This document shows, one piece after another, positions 48,670 through 62,575 of a DNA stretch of 64,000 nucleotides. Under the pieces are notes generated by a model, which searched no databases, was not told the DNA's origin, and saw only the letters and a list, made by a program, of their open reading frames with translations. The translations under genes were made by a program, and so were the position numbers. This DNA comes from Narcine bancroftii (taxonomy: Eukaryota), in contig NC_091481.1 in the NCBI RefSeq assembly GCF_036971445.1, forward strand, positions 12,524,001-12,588,000. Reading direction: 5' to 3'. The first letter of the stretch is position 1; every line of letters starts with the position of its first letter.

Positions 48670-49335
48670 AGTACACCCAGTACACGCTGCTGCCATCAGG
48701 AAAGAGGTATAGGTGCCACAAGACTTGCACCACCAGGTTCAGGAACAACTGCTACCCCTCCACCATCAGACTCAACAACAAACTCAGACTCATTTAAGGT
48801 AGCATCAGCCTCAGAATGAATGTTAGAGAGGGCATGGTGCAAAGCTCATAAACTTGGTCGGGGGAGGGGGATGCTTACCATCATCTGCCCCGCTCTGATA
48901 TAGGTGCCAAGAGTGCCACTTTTATGGCGTCAAGCATCATTAGCCCCTCGTGATGCTTGATGCATGCTAGTGATGCAGCTTGGGGTGGGTGGAGGGTCAC
49001 TAGTGTGCGTCAAACTAGACGTGGGTGGGGCGGTTATGACTGCGAGCAATAGCTGTGATTATGGGGGGGGACTGCACCTCATTTGGGATGCAGTGCCCGC
49101 AAATGCCCCCCCCAGCACTGGCTCTGATTTAAGGACTCTTGCACTTTTTCTTTTTGTTCTCCATTACACAATCAATTTGTTTACATTTTTCTGTTTACAG
49201 TTCTTTGTTTATATGTTTACACTGTGTATAGTTTATTTTTTGCACTACCAATTAGTGGTAATTCTGCCACACCTGCAGGAAAAAGGAATCTTGGGGTTAT
49301 ATGTGATATATGTACTCTGACAATAAATCTGAATC
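48670..49335 (+). mobile_element. Rex1-type 3' fragment split by a 327-bp insertion (48800-49126)
   Basis: The insertion is bounded by the exact 8-bp duplication ATTTAAGG (48792-48799, 49127-49134); other copies have a single site here. Confidence 0.75.
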
Positions 49336-50699
49336 TTAAAAGAAAGATCTTGGGATTCATGCACACTGTTCATTGAAAGTGCAGAGCCGGTTGAGAAAGT
49401 ATTTGGGGTGCAGGGCTTTCTAAATAGAAGAAAATGTTACAAGGGCAAAGAAGCCATGATTATTCTTTTGAAACTCTTGACAAGGTTAGAATATGACGTA
49501 GTTTAAAAAAAATCTAAAGGCTTTACAGAGGATACAGTAGGGGCACTTAATTTCTATATCTCTGCAATTATGTGGATGGATTACTTAAGTGGAAACTGGA
49601 GTTATTCTGGTGGAAGTTTTTAAAAAAGCATGGGAATGTGATGAAGGGCATAGAACAGATAAATAAAATATTCCTATAGACAGATCATGACCATGGGAAC
49701 ATAAAATAAGGTTGATTGTTGAAAACATTAAATGGCATAATGAAAATATTTTCATGCCGGAAATAGTTAGGTTCAAGAATGCACTTAAAGATTAGCTGCA
49801 GAGGCTGTTTCAATGGCAGCATTCAAAATGCTGCCACTAAAATGGTGATGGATCATTATCTGAAAGGTCAGAGTTGTGCAGAGGAGTGATTAGTTGCATA
49901 GAGCCAGTATGGACTCATTCTACGTGGTAACGATTGTAATTATTCTACTGCAGCCCCTGCTTCCTTGACACTTGTTATTGACCAATATTATTCTAAAACC
50001 TAAAGCAGACTGTCAAGGCCTTTTATTGATTTGTTTTGCTCAAGAAGTTTTGTTGAGCTGGCATACTCTTGATCAGTTAATAGGATTGGAAGAAACGAGA
50101 GTTGAAAATGAACATTGGTGCAGATCAATTGTGCCACATGGCATATTTCTGTTCTGCAAGTTTTGTGTAATCGGCATTAGCTTCAGTTAAGTTTGCTTTT
50201 AATTTTCGTTGGGATATGCTTTTAAGATTTTTCACCTCGCATTTGTATGGTCACTCAAGCAAGTGATTTGAGGTAGTGGATACAAACAATCATTGCACCT
50301 TTTCACAGACTTGAATGCATTTTCCCCACTCTGCATTCGTCTATGAAGAACAATTTGTACTATTCACCCCAGATGTTCTTAAATGTTATAAAGTATTAAT
50401 TAGTTGGGAATAACAATTTTTTTTAGTGCTGCAAGGTCCTGCCTAATTGTCATTGTCAAGAAGTAAATTTGGTATATATTGAGCCAATTCAAAATTTGCT
50501 TTAATTTTGGTCAATACTTGAAATTCCCTGCCTAGCATGTGAGAAAAGGTGGGGAAATCTTTTGACTAATTTTCTGTAACTGACTTGGTCAATCCATTAG
50601 TATGTTTTGCTTCTGGAAGAATGTTCCAGTTGATGAGCAGCTAGATGAGTCGTGTGAGGCATGTTGGGTCTTGAGGATGAAACAGGTGCACCAGCCATC

Positions 50700-51250
50700 A
50701 TGCCCACACCAAGCAAGTCTTCCTGAGCTGTCCCATTTTCTTGCAATTGGCCCATATCCCTCTAAACTTGTTTTATGCATACATCTCTCAAAGTTGCTTT
50801 CAAACATTATAATTGTATCTGCATCTACCACTATGTCTGGCAATTCCTTCAATATACTCACGACCCTGTGGGAAAAACTTGCTTCTTGGAACTCCTTTAA
50901 ATCTTTCCCCTCGCCTTTAAACCTATGCCCCTAGGTTTAGACTAGTCTTCCCAGAGAGAAGACTGACCGTCAACCTTGTGCCCCTTGTGATTTTTCTGAG
51001 GTTTAGAAGAAAAGTCTCAGCCTATCCATAACTCGAGGCCTTCAGTCTTGTGAATCTTTTCTGAACTGTGTATAGCTTAATAGCATCATTCCTATTGTAT
51101 GGCAACTGGAACTACACAATATTCCAGATGCAGTCTCACCAACATTTTGTACAGATGCAACATGATGTCCCAGCTCTTGTACTCGATGCCCCATCTGATG
51201 AAGGCAAGCATGGCACATGCCACCTTCACTGCCTTGACTGTAACTCTGTT
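50700..51250 (-). mobile_element. CR1 LINE 3' fragment
   Basis: Minus-strand LKELPDIVVDADTIIMFESNFERCM and upstream CR1-like remnants. Confidence 0.65.
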
Positions 51251-52220
51251 TGATCAGAGTTCTATGCAATATTTTAAAAACAAGCTTTTGTTTGATATCA
51301 CCTAAATATGAGAGGTGTGAGCAGATGCTGCAAGAATTTGATTGAATAAAATGTCCTTTCATTAGCTTGTCAATAAGAATTGTATGAAAAGTGATTATTG
51401 TAATTTAGTTATTTACTGGACAGTGAATCCTCTATTGTACAGAAATTTATGGACTGTCTGACCCAGTTTTCTGTACTAAATAGTTTACTAGAATTTAATT
51501 TTTTTGTACATTTTTTGGACAGATGAAGAGGCACTTTTTTATGTGCTGCTAAAAAGGATTGGATCTCTGACAGATGTTTCACTAAAGACCTTTGAGAAGA
51601 TGCTGGGATATTTAAATGATATAGTAAATTGGTAACATTTTTATCATAGTTAAATCTTTCCTACAATCTAAGCTTCTTCTCTGGGATGAATGATATTAGA
51701 AATAAGAACCTACACTTTTCATTGAACAGTTTCATAGTTCCCTTTTATTTGATATCCAGAGCTAATTTTGAGTCCTGATTTGAGGAGTGCAAAAGTGAAT
51801 TCCACTATCTTCCTGTTGAGTAGATTTTGAAAGTATATTTCGTAAGGCTCTTAAGTACATGAATCATAATGTTTTGACATTATAGGATACATGTATTATG
51901 GAAATACATCACATAGTCTCTTTAAAAGAATAACATTGTCTTTCCTGTAAAAGAATGACATGACATATTCTTGTTCAAGAAAGCTAAGAAATTGAGCTCT
52001 GTTTTGGTTATTCGGCAGGGCTAACAGCAAAGAAGTAACTTTAAAAATGGATGCATTAATGCAATGAATGTTTTGAAAGACACTACCATTTAAGAATCTT
52101 TTACTGTGGAATTATTTGTTTCTGAATGGTCTCTTTATCAATGTTGGATTATCTCTTTCCTTGGACTTTTCACCATCCTGATACACCCTTCTAAACAAAA
52201 ATGTGCTTCGATTTCCACAG

Positions 52221-52387
52221 AAGATGCAGATGCTGATGATGGTTACAACTACAAACAAATGATGTCGAGAGATGAGCGACGATTTAAAAAGGCTGATCAG
52301 AATGGTGACTTGTATGCTACGAAGGAGGAGTTCACTGCTTTCCTGCATCCAGAGGAGTATGACCACATGAAGGAGATTGTAGTGTTG
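52221..52387 (+). CDS. CALU: Calumenin coding exon (EF-hand 3)
   Basis: Acceptor TTTCCACAG|; [56 protein letters not shown]; donor TTG|GTCAGT; 167 nt. Confidence 0.96.
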
Positions 52388-53141
52388 GTCAGTACTTCTG
52401 CATAGCCATATTTAATTTTTTTTTTTTAAAAACACAGTACATATAATACTGCAGTAGAAAAATCATTCGGTGAGCCTGATTGTACCATGTCACTCTTTGT
52501 TGTATATTAATTTTCTTCCACTTTGATAGGTCATTCTTTTTTCTCTTGGTACCTAATTACTTTCTCAAATTCAATGCAAGGGATAAACATACTTGACTGT
52601 GCATCATGGAACAATATAATTTGTTAAACACTAAGAGATTTTTTAAGTGGAGATAAAAAAAAAGACCAGTGATCTGTTTATTGATTCAAAAACCATTCAC
52701 CCAGAATAATTTAATTTGTGCTGGTTATTGTCCAATTTTCCTAACTATTTTAAAAATTGTCCTTGCCCTCATCTTGTCCTAAAATATTCTGAGTACAATC
52801 ATTACACTGCATGATTAAATCTTGGTCTTTCTTCCAAGTATTCCATTGTTCCATTTGTATTATGGACACTTTTGTTTTTGAAAGATAATTTTCTCCTGAT
52901 TCATTCATTAACTAGGAGATCTTGCAACTGGTGTTTTTGTGTTTGATAGGAGGATATTGCTTGTGTAGATGTGCTGATTCTATCTAGGTCAGAACTTTCA
53001 ATATGAACAGGTCAAGTTAATTCTAACAATTTTGCTTGGCTATTCTCTGAGTCAAGCAGAACTCCTTTGCATTTGGTTTGCACCTTCAAAAAATCTACAA
53101 CTAGGTTTTTAAAAAAACAAAATGCCTTGCTTATCTGACAG

Positions 53142-53202
53142 GAAACCATGGAAGATATTGATAAAAATGGAGATGGCTTCATTGATCTGGAAGAATATAT
53201 TG
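53142..53202 (+). CDS. CALU: Calumenin coding exon (EF-hand 4)
   Basis: Acceptor CTGACAG|; ETMEDIDKNGDGFIDLEEYI; donor G|GTAAGT; 61 nt. Confidence 0.96.
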
Positions 53203-54280
53203 GTAAGTAGACCAGAATTGGAAGAATGAGGACTGCAGAATTAAATTGTATGATAGTTTTACCTAATCAAATGATGTCAGTTTGTACCACTGCTTTAGAA
53301 GCTTGGCTTCTCTAGAAGGGATAATGAACATGAACTGAGATTTGTGGTTGAAGCAGAAATCATGACAGAAACAAAGAATTTTGACATATTGGGTTACGTA
53401 GAAACAATTGGTGGAAGCTAAATTGCATAGGAATCAAAATCAGTAATTCTCAATAGGGCCCACCCCAGAAGGCAAAGCACAATAAAAGGTGTGTTTTCTT
53501 CTCAAGCAACTTAAATAGTCAAAAAAGAATTGAGAATGGCTGACCTAAATGATACATTAATTTCCTCCCAAGTACCAGAACCATAATATTACTGAAATGG
53601 GATATGTTATGAATCTGTAAGTACAGTGATAAATTCAAGTTACTTGAAGTTATGCTTGGTATCAAATTGTGCATTGGTTGAGCAATTGACAGAACACCTA
53701 TGTTTAGTTTGCAAGGTCAATCTTGGGTTTCCAGTTGCTGTCACTTTAATCTTCCATCCCTCTCCTGTTCAGATCTCTCCAATTCCATTCCCTTTGCATC
53801 TGTCTCAACCTTTTAGACTTCAGAACATTAGTGAATTTAATGAGTTACAGCTATCCAATTTTTATTTTCCTCTCCCAGATATGACTAATTTTTGTGTTTC
53901 CAACTGCAAGTTCTTAAATTGTTACCTTGTTAATTTTATTTGTGGCTAGCCATAGGCATTTGCTCTGTACTCTCTATCTCTCCCACTCTACAACTCAAAA
54001 CACACCAGTTTTCTTGATTCAAGTTCAGATGAAGAATTTGCAACCTAGATTTCTTCACTCTCTATACTGCCTCACCCACTAAGTTCTACCACCATTTTAT
54101 GTTTTTGATTTTCATCTTTGTAACTGGGAAAGAAGTCTGATTTGGAGTGGATAATGCATTGCAGACAGAATACATTGGCTTTTATAACCTTTAATAAGGA
54201 AGCAGAAATAATATTGCTAACTGGATTGGTGCACAAGCCAAAATTATGTTAATATATCTGACCTCTTTTGCTGGTTTCAG

Positions 54281-54480
54281 GTGATATGTATACTGCAGAC
54301 AGTGATGGCCATGAGCCCGAGTGGGTGAAAACTGAGCGTGAGCAGTTCACAGAGTTCAGAGACCGCAACAAAGATGGTAAAATGGACAAGGATGAAACCA
54401 AAGATTGGATCCTGCCAGCAGACTATGACCATGCTGAGGCTGAAGCCCGCCATCTAGTGTATGAATCTGATGAAAACAAG
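54281..54480 (+). CDS. CALU: Calumenin coding exon (EF-hand 5 and start of 6)
   Basis: Acceptor GTTTCAG|; [67 protein letters not shown]; donor AAG|GTAAGC; 200 nt. Confidence 0.96.
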
Positions 54481-55435
54481 GTAAGCTGTGCATGTGATCT
54501 ATCTCTGCTTGCTCACTGGACTTGGTGATGAGTCTATAGTTAGGCTGGCACTACTTTCATCACAGCTCAAGAGACTGTTCCTTCAGCTATATGTGACTAG
54601 GTACTCTCTAAACAGTTTTTGCCCATTTGAGACATGCCTTGAAGCAAATAGCTTTCTGTGTATAGGTAGCTTATAATTTTGTCATGTAAATAGGCTGTAG
54701 AGCTCTTGTCACTTTTTGACAACCACCTGTGTTTAGATAAGTTTCGTAAGACAGAATTCATTATGCACAAATAAAGACATTGAAACACAAGTAGTCACAA
54801 GTGGGGGGAAAAAAAGCTTGTCTTTCAAAGTATTTTATGGAATGTCCTGAGAAAATGATTCCAAAAAGCAAAATTCTGGAGATGATCAGAAAATTAGGCA
54901 GCATTTTTGAAGAGAAGTTAATGTTTCTGGTCACATCTTTCATCAGAAGTTAAAAGGTTTGTTTTAAAATTGGAGGAGGGGAGAGGTGGAGAGCACAAAT
55001 GTGTTGAATTACTGTGTAACCTGAGGATGACCAGGACACTTGCAATTGATGCCATTCTGAAAGAGGATGGTGAATGTCTGTTAATCATAGCTTAACAGTC
55101 TGGATGAATTAACTTGGGATGATGAATGCTAGAAATGAGGTGTAGAATTAGAAATCTGAAATACACAAGGTTTAGCAATATTTGGTGGATCAAACAGCAT
55201 TTGTGGAGAGGAATACAAGTTGGCCTTGCATCAGAGCTACCCTGGTAAAAAGATCTGTTCCCTGACCTTAAGTTGAGTTTTGGAACTGGGTAGCAGGCAG
55301 ACACTAGATTGCGAATGGGACAGAGGACTGAAGCGACAGATAGCTGAAAGTTTAATCACCAGAGTGAACTGGACGGGTATTTTGCAAAGCAATGTCCAAT
55401 TTAGGTTTCTCCAATGTGATCTTTTTGACATTTTT

Positions 55436-55539
55436 CTTTTACCCTATTCCTTCACACCATTGGAATCCAGACAAAGCTTCTGGATGACTTTTACCCTATT
55501 CCTTCACAACATTGGAATCCAGACAATGCTTCTGGATGA
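55436..55539. repeat. Tandem duplication, 2 x 52 bp
   Basis: CTTTTACCCTATTCCTTCACA(C/A)CATTGGAATCCAGACAA(A/T)GCTTCTGGATGA repeated with two mismatches. Confidence 0.85.
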
Positions 55540-56362
55540 AGGAACAATTGACTTGAACTTTTTCCAATGTATTGTATCCAGTGCTCTCGATGGGGATGTC
55601 TGTGTCAGAGGAACCAAATGTAAGCTGAGTAATCTGCATGGTGAACTTTTCAATTTACAAGAGCAACCAAGCTGGCACTTGCCTGCTACGTTCTCCATCT
55701 CATTCCTGATCTGACCATGTTTTGGTCAGCTACACTGTCCAAACAAAACAGTACTTGAGCTAGACTGCATTTCATCTTCTAAACAGGCATGTTTACAGCC
55801 TTCAGAACTCTATAGTAAATTCATTATCAGAAAACAAGTTTTTCCTGATCAGTTCTGATGCCAGGTCATCTATCTGTATTATTAACTCAGTTTTTCTCTC
55901 TCTCTCCACAGATTGAGTCAACGTTCTCTCATTTCAAAGTTCTGTAACTTGCTGTCCCAGTATTTGTTTTTTTTTCTCCTTCCACCATCCTTTCTTGTAT
56001 CTCTCAATTTGCATTCACCCAGATTGGCTGCATTATGCAGGCAATTTTGTTTTTGTATCCTGTAGGGATTTGATACAGTTTAACATTTCAGGTCTTCAAC
56101 ATCAGCAGATATCAATTCAAAACTTGTGAGGTCATAAAGTTAACATGAATGACAAGTTGCAATCATTCTCTCGAGGGAAAATTACTGTGGAATAATTTGA
56201 GGGAACCAATTAGAATTGCAGAAATAGAGACTAAGAATTGGAGACAATGGTTGGAATACTTTTTGGAGCAGGATTGTTTACTGATATTTTTGTGCTTTTG
56301 AGTTACTTTGCTCTCTTGTAACCTTTTTCTTTTTCCTGATCCTTCCTCAAAATCTTTTTCAG

Positions 56363-56467
56363 GATGGAAAACTCACAAAAGAAGAAATAGTCAAAAAGTA
56401 TGACCTGTTTGTGGGAAGCCAGGCGACAGACTTCGGGGAGGCCTTAGTAAGGCATGATGAGTTCTAA
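56363..56467 (+). CDS. CALU: Calumenin last coding exon
   Basis: Acceptor CTTTTTCAG|; [38 protein letters not shown]-terminal HDEF is characteristic of calumenin. Spliced CDS is 951 nt, 316 aa. Confidence 0.97.
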   Translation, partial: DGKLTKEEIVKKYDLFVGSQATDFGEALVRHDEF

Positions 56468-59400
56468 GTATAACCACTGCAGCGGGAACAAGAATCCATT
56501 CCATGAAGAGAGGATAATTTATTTTTTACAATGTGCTGTTTTCACTCATCACATTTTTCTGCCTATCACAGAGTTCGATTATGGAATAGATAAGGTGTTT
56601 ATTGGGGGGGGGGGGGGGGGGCGGGGCAGGGGATCCAATGATGCAGTCATCTTGTACCTAAAGATTAACATATAATTAGATGTTTACTTGCATTGTATTT
56701 TTACTTTGTACATTCCCCTCCTTTGGTCAAATGTTGTAGAAATAATCTGATAAACCCATTCAAAATCTCTATAATTTCCAGGGAACTCTGCTTGATTTCA
56801 AGCAATTCAGGACCTAACTGAAGTGTGTTTTGATCAGCTTTCTTGTTCATACCTGAGAAAGGAGGGATGAAGAGATTACAGTTGTTACTTTGGAAATGCT
56901 TAAGGCAGTATTGCTGCAACATTCAGCACTGAGCAAGATGCATCTTTAGTAAACTACCTTGGCTACCTTTTAGATTGTGTTCATATATTGATCTTTCTGT
57001 AATGTGCTGTCATGGTGACAATGGAATTGTCCTATTTTCATATGAAATTAATGGGCAGGAGGAGACCAACTGTTTCACAAAGCTTGAATGAACTGACTGA
57101 ATACAACCCAGATGTCATATTCTGAGGGTGGAGAAAGTACTTTGGCAAAGGTTTTTTTTCCTCCAATTTTCTCTGGTATTAGTGACTCCCAAGATCTCAT
57201 GTACTCAGTGTTTTCTACAATGTGACCTCTTTCTCCAAGTAGACAATTTATATGCTATAGATTACAATAACAATTGTATTTATCCCTTAGCTTTTCAGTG
57301 GTCTTGTGTTGCTGTAATAGTTTAGCAATGGAAATCTAGGTTTTTATTCCAACTTGCAAAAGTTTAATTGCCCTAGGATTAAAAATAGCTCTGTATTCTA
57401 CCAATCACTAGCTTTGAATACATATTTCTCAATCTAAATGTGTTCAACTCATTCAATATTTACCACCATCTTGTATTTGGAGAAAATGTATTAACGTACT
57501 TCATTAAGACCCTTGCAGCCATCTGCTGAATAAATTCAGTGTCACATTTGTACATAGGTTGAAGCATGTCATTATTTGTGGATGTCTTTCCACACTGTGT
57601 GGGCAATGTATCTTGCAATATCCTCTTGAATCAAAAAAGACCAAGGAACAGCAGATCAGCTATATTTGCTTTGAGAAACTGGACATTTTTGATCATCTTT
57701 CATTGAATTGGAAAACAAAAATAGGTTAGTAATGGTGTTTGACTAGATATGATGAAATCTTGGTAATTAAGGTGACATCTCCAAATGGGTCATTCAGCTA
57801 ATTTGGATTGTGCAGATTGAGGAATTGCAGAAAGTCTCTCAGATTACAACTGGATGGTATTTTGCTGAACACTATATATTGGCTTTTTGTTTCTTCTTCA
57901 ACTCAAGCACCAGATAAAACATTACAAATTGGATTAAGTTCTTTGCAGATCACTTAATTTTTGGTGTCCTGGTGGTCAGTTGACACTCTCAGTTGGTTGT
58001 GCCATTAAATGAGCAACTTGACACTGTTTAGAGTGATAACCTTGGGGCCTTACTGTACCTTTTATTTAATGTAAATGTTATCACAAAACCTTCAGTGTCT
58101 CTATTTTCCATCCTGCTGTACCACCTTAGATATAGAAGTATGCACCAAGCCTTCTCTCCTATAGTCTCGCCCTCGACAGACATTGGATTCTTCAAAAACA
58201 GTGACATTTCTTTATAGGCTGAAATCTAATGGGGAAAAGGTTGCTTTGAGAGGGTTGCAGACCAACAATCAAAGAATATTTGTAACTGTAACTTGTCCAT
58301 ACTGTGATTTTATTTTAAATTTTTTTTTTGCTTGTGACTGAAGGCTTTTGCTAATTTCTATGCCTACATTTCCCCAGATCCTGATTCCCAGCCTCCCTGC
58401 AATTTTTATTTGCATTAATTCCTTGTTGGAGGTGAATATGGCATTTAATTTTGACATTGCAAACAAGTTAAAAATAGATTTTTAATATTTGCAAGGAAAT
58501 GTTACAAAGTGGAGAGAATTAGTTGTTGCCCCTTTAATGACTTGCTGTTGAATTGCAAGTTGCAGTGAATTTGGTCTGTTCACTTAGTTCCTATATCTTA
58601 AGTAGCATTGCATTGCCATTTCCTCCTCCCCCCCCCCCCCCCCACGTAGAATTGTATTGGCCAACTTCCAGATTGCAGTAAGAGGTGTTTCAGTGGGCTT
58701 CGTAGAGGAAATGCTGCTAATGCGACATTGAAATATCCAGTGCATTTGACTTTAATTCTTTTGATGAATGAACATTATTGACAAGAGCAACATTTATTTT
58801 GAACTCTTCAAATTAACTGCTACCCAGTTTCAAATTCAACTATTCAATTGAATGGCTTGGTAGGGTATTAAGATAATAGAAGAAATGACCATATTCCCAT
58901 TAGTCTGGTCACCAAATCAAACCAGCACTGACAACTGATGTTTCCACAAAGTGACAAAAGCAATTTGGATTCTAGGAATATTAATTGTTCTTGGCTTTTT
59001 TTACAAAGTATAAAAATCCATCATTTACAAAATCAGTTTCTGGAAGATTCCTCAAATGCTGGCTTAATCTTGGGACAGGAATAATGCATTTGTTAAGAAG
59101 TTTTTGTACAAAATTTAACCAAACTAGTTTTCAAATATTAGAGTTCACCTAGTCAAAATATAGATGCATACTCGAGATGTTGACATTCTTTAAGGCTTTT
59201 TAGCTTGATTTTTCTTTTTGCAAATATAATAACTCAGTCATGTTAGCCCAAGTGTTTTGGGAGATTGAGGTTCAGGTTGTCTCTGTATTTTGAATAAGAA
59301 ATCTACATTTAAAAACAAATCAACTGAATCTGTTCAATAAAGGAGTGATTTTATGCGATTTGATTGCATAATGAGCAAATATAGTCATGGATCACTTAAT

Positions 59401-60060
59401 GTTCATGATGCATTTGTGAAATAGAATGCTATGTGATTCTGACATACCATATTATAGTAACAGGTGTTTATTATGACTATCAAGAAACTATTATAAACCT
59501 GGCCTTGTGTAAAAGAAACACGAGATATGTGTCATGAGTGGGAAGCTATGTCCCGTTCTTTGATCGGGATTTCTGAACTATTATAACCTGATTGGACCAC
59601 GGACGTATATGCAGTCAAACGTTGCTTGAACAGATGTTATGTGGTGCATGACTTGATTATGCAGACAGGGTATTGTAATAGGCAAATTACGTGAAGAACT
59701 TGCATATTATACAAAAAAAACATAAGTTTGGATTCATCTGGAATGTACCAATAATCGGTGTACAGAATGCAGTTTTCCCCCCCCGTTCCTAATTTCAAGT
59801 GGTGCATGTTTTTGTGAATTAAATTAAAATCATGTGACAAGAGTGACCTATTATAGGAGAATGGATGCAGTTCATCAGTTGAATATTCAGCATGTTGGTA
59901 CATTTTTTACCAATCCACTTAAACTGTTAATGGCCCATGATCAGAGTTATTTGCAATGTGCTTGAAGTTGTACTCTCAACGCTAGCACATTTTAATGTAA
60001 AATGTTTGCTTTAAGTTGAATTCTAATCTTCAATAAAGATTTTTTTTAAAAACATTGTGA
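56468..60060 (+). other. CALU: CALU long 3' UTR with several candidate poly(A) signals
   Basis: About 3.6 kb with no transposon I could recognise; AATAAA at 57529, 59336 and 60032, the last followed by T/GT-rich sequence, after which repeats resume. Confidence 0.55.
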
Positions 60061-60130
60061 ATTTTAAGCTTGTCTTGATTTTTTTGCAAATTTTTTAGAT
60101 CATTTCAAATCACAACTGTAACTTAGATTA

Positions 60131-60328
60131 CAGCCCTTCTCAACAAGGGGCCACAACACATTTAAGGAAGACCACAGACTGAAATCATAAAATATTTTTG
60201 TTTTTTTATGTAGTAGAGAAGTACGGAAGAAACTATCTAAACTTGATTACTGGTGGTGGTGGTGGGAGGCATAAACTTTGAGCAATGTCTTCAGGGGTCA
60301 TATCCCCAAAAAAAGCTGAGAATGGTTG
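60131..60328. mobile_element. hAT-type MITE
   Basis: Termini CAGCCCTTCTCAAC ... GCTGAGAATGGTTG. Confidence 0.55.
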
Positions 60329-61424
60329 CCCTAAAATATTGTGGTCTTTATTTCACACTATCTTATTTCATACTATTAATTATCAGTTAACAAATTATTT
60401 GAAGCTTATCAACTGAACACAAGTATAAAATGTAAATATATCATTGCAAAACAAGAGATTGCTGTTGAATAGGTCAGTGAATTAATCTGTTCACTTGGAA
60501 TTTTGCCAGTTTTTGAGAAACTTGTGCAGAGGAATATCAAGTACAGCTCTGCACATTATAGAAGACTTTTGTCCTACATTTATGCTGACTCCTAATGAAA
60601 ATATAATTAGTGATTCAATTAAAAGGCTGAATGTTGGAATTTATATTTAGGTGAAAAATGCATGAATGCAGAGTGAATAAAATTTGAAAACAAAGGTATA
60701 CTATAAATGACTGTTAATTGTCCACTAAGATGCTGTCTGGAACTCCACAAATAATGTTTTTGTCCTGGCTTGATCACTTGGGCTTGGGGCAACTTTTTAA
60801 AATTTGATTTTAAGTTTTCAACAGGTTTTACTTAATGCAACTGTTCAATAATTTATTTTTTCAAAAAACTTTAAATATCACCAGTGATCAAAAATACCAA
60901 ACCCTTTTGTGGTAAAAGTCTAAAGATTCACCAGCCTCTACAAGAAATTTAACTCCCACATCTGTTTTAAATAATGGTCCAGTATCCTTCAGTCTACCAT
61001 TACTATCCAGCCAGGAGAACATCTTCGTTCAATGAAGAATGCATATTGTTGCATGGTGGTTTTGTAGGAGATGGGAACTCCCAAAATATTCAGGAAGGGG
61101 TGTGTGTATTTTGCTGAAGTGAGATGGTGGAGAGCTTAAAGTTCTTTGGAATAAATTTTACCAACATGTCTGTCCAATTAAGTTGATGTCACAACTAAGA
61201 AAACACATCAAGACACTTAAAAACCTGAGGAAATTTGGTATGTCCTTGATATCTCCTAAATTTTACAGATGTGCCATTAAAATTAACTTGCAGTCTTGAT
61301 GCATCACAACTAGACAATAGAAACTGCTCTGCCCAAGATTGCTAGAAACAGCAGAGGGTTGTAAATGTAGCCCAAGCCATCATGTAAACCAATCTCCCTT
61401 CCATCAACTATATCTTCTGCTAAC

Positions 61425-62575
61425 CTTTCCTTTAGAGAATGGGAGAGAAAAGGGATCAAAAGAACAGAAAATTGTTTTTCGGGAAATAAATTATCTTTTG
61501 AACAAATGAAGGACAAATATGATATAACTCACGGTACAATGTTTGCAGACCACCAACTGAAAACCTACTTGAAGGACAAATTGGGAAGCAGGCTGAGGTT
61601 ACCAGAAGGAAGCAGTTCTGAATATGTGATTACAGACACAATGATAATTAAAAGATTTATAACAAACATGTATACCAAATTGCAAGAGAAAGAGAACGGG
61701 GAAACAAGCTGTAAACCCAAACAAAAATGGGAACAAGATCAAAACATAAAGATAAAGAATGAAACATGGGAAAAGTTATGCTCAGGAACTATGAGAAATA
61801 TAATAAACATGAAGTTATGCATGATACAATATAACTAGTTGCACAGGCTATATACCACGCCCCAAAAGTTAAATAAATGGGACCTAGCAGTATCAGATAG
61901 ATGATTTCGCTGTAAGGAAATGGGAACAGTACATGCAATTTGGCCACGTGAGAAAGTGAAAAAGTTTTGGGAAGATCTAAATCAGGTATTAAATAAAATC
62001 ACAAAAATCAACATACCAAAAAATCCAGAGATCTTCTAAGTAAAGAACTTGGCTTCGATTTGGATGAAGCACAAAAAAGATTTATTATGATAGCCTTAGC
62101 TGTAGCAAAAAAATGTATAACGTCAACCTGGAAATCAGAAGATAGCCTGAGAATACAGCAATGGTACATAGAAATGAATAAATGTATTCCATTGGAAAAA
62201 ATAACAATTTAAGAAATAATATCACAGTATTCGAACAAATTTGGGAACCGTTCATGGAACACAACAGAGAAGTCCTACCGCGGACCTCCACCACCTAAAA
62301 TGCTAGAATGAGAAGAAGTCGAAATGAACTGACCCAGTGTGTAAAAGTAGATGACACAATTTTCTTGTTTATTTTCATTGTGTCGTGACATTGTTTAATA
62401 GGTTTAATGTATCGTATATATTGAATGTTTAGTGGGTAGGGAGGGGGGCGGGAAGGAGGGAGGGAAAGGAGGGGAAAAGGGGAGAAAATGACACTGTATA
62501 TCCAAGAGGGAAATGTTTAAGTGTATTTTGGTCAATATGGTTCAAAGTTTGAAAAATAAAAAAAGCAAAAAAACA
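61425..62575 (+). mobile_element. L1-clade LINE 3' fragment (ORF2 C-terminus, 3' UTR, A tail)
   Basis: KWEQDQNIKIKNETWEKLC...IQYN, cysteine-rich remnant, CIPLEK...QIWEPFMEHNR; G-rich 3' UTR and AATAAA with A tail; related to the 3' end of the 5577-7990 element. Confidence 0.85.

Noticed and set aside
43535-56467. Assignment to reticulocalbin (RCN1/RCN3)
   Set aside because: KPTEKKDR N-terminus, HDEF C-terminus, the alternative exon pair and the FAM71F-like neighbour all indicate calumenin.
56701-56922. Minus-strand MNKK as an opsin FMNKQF remnant
   Set aside because: No NPxIY motif upstream and no other opsin similarity; likely chance.
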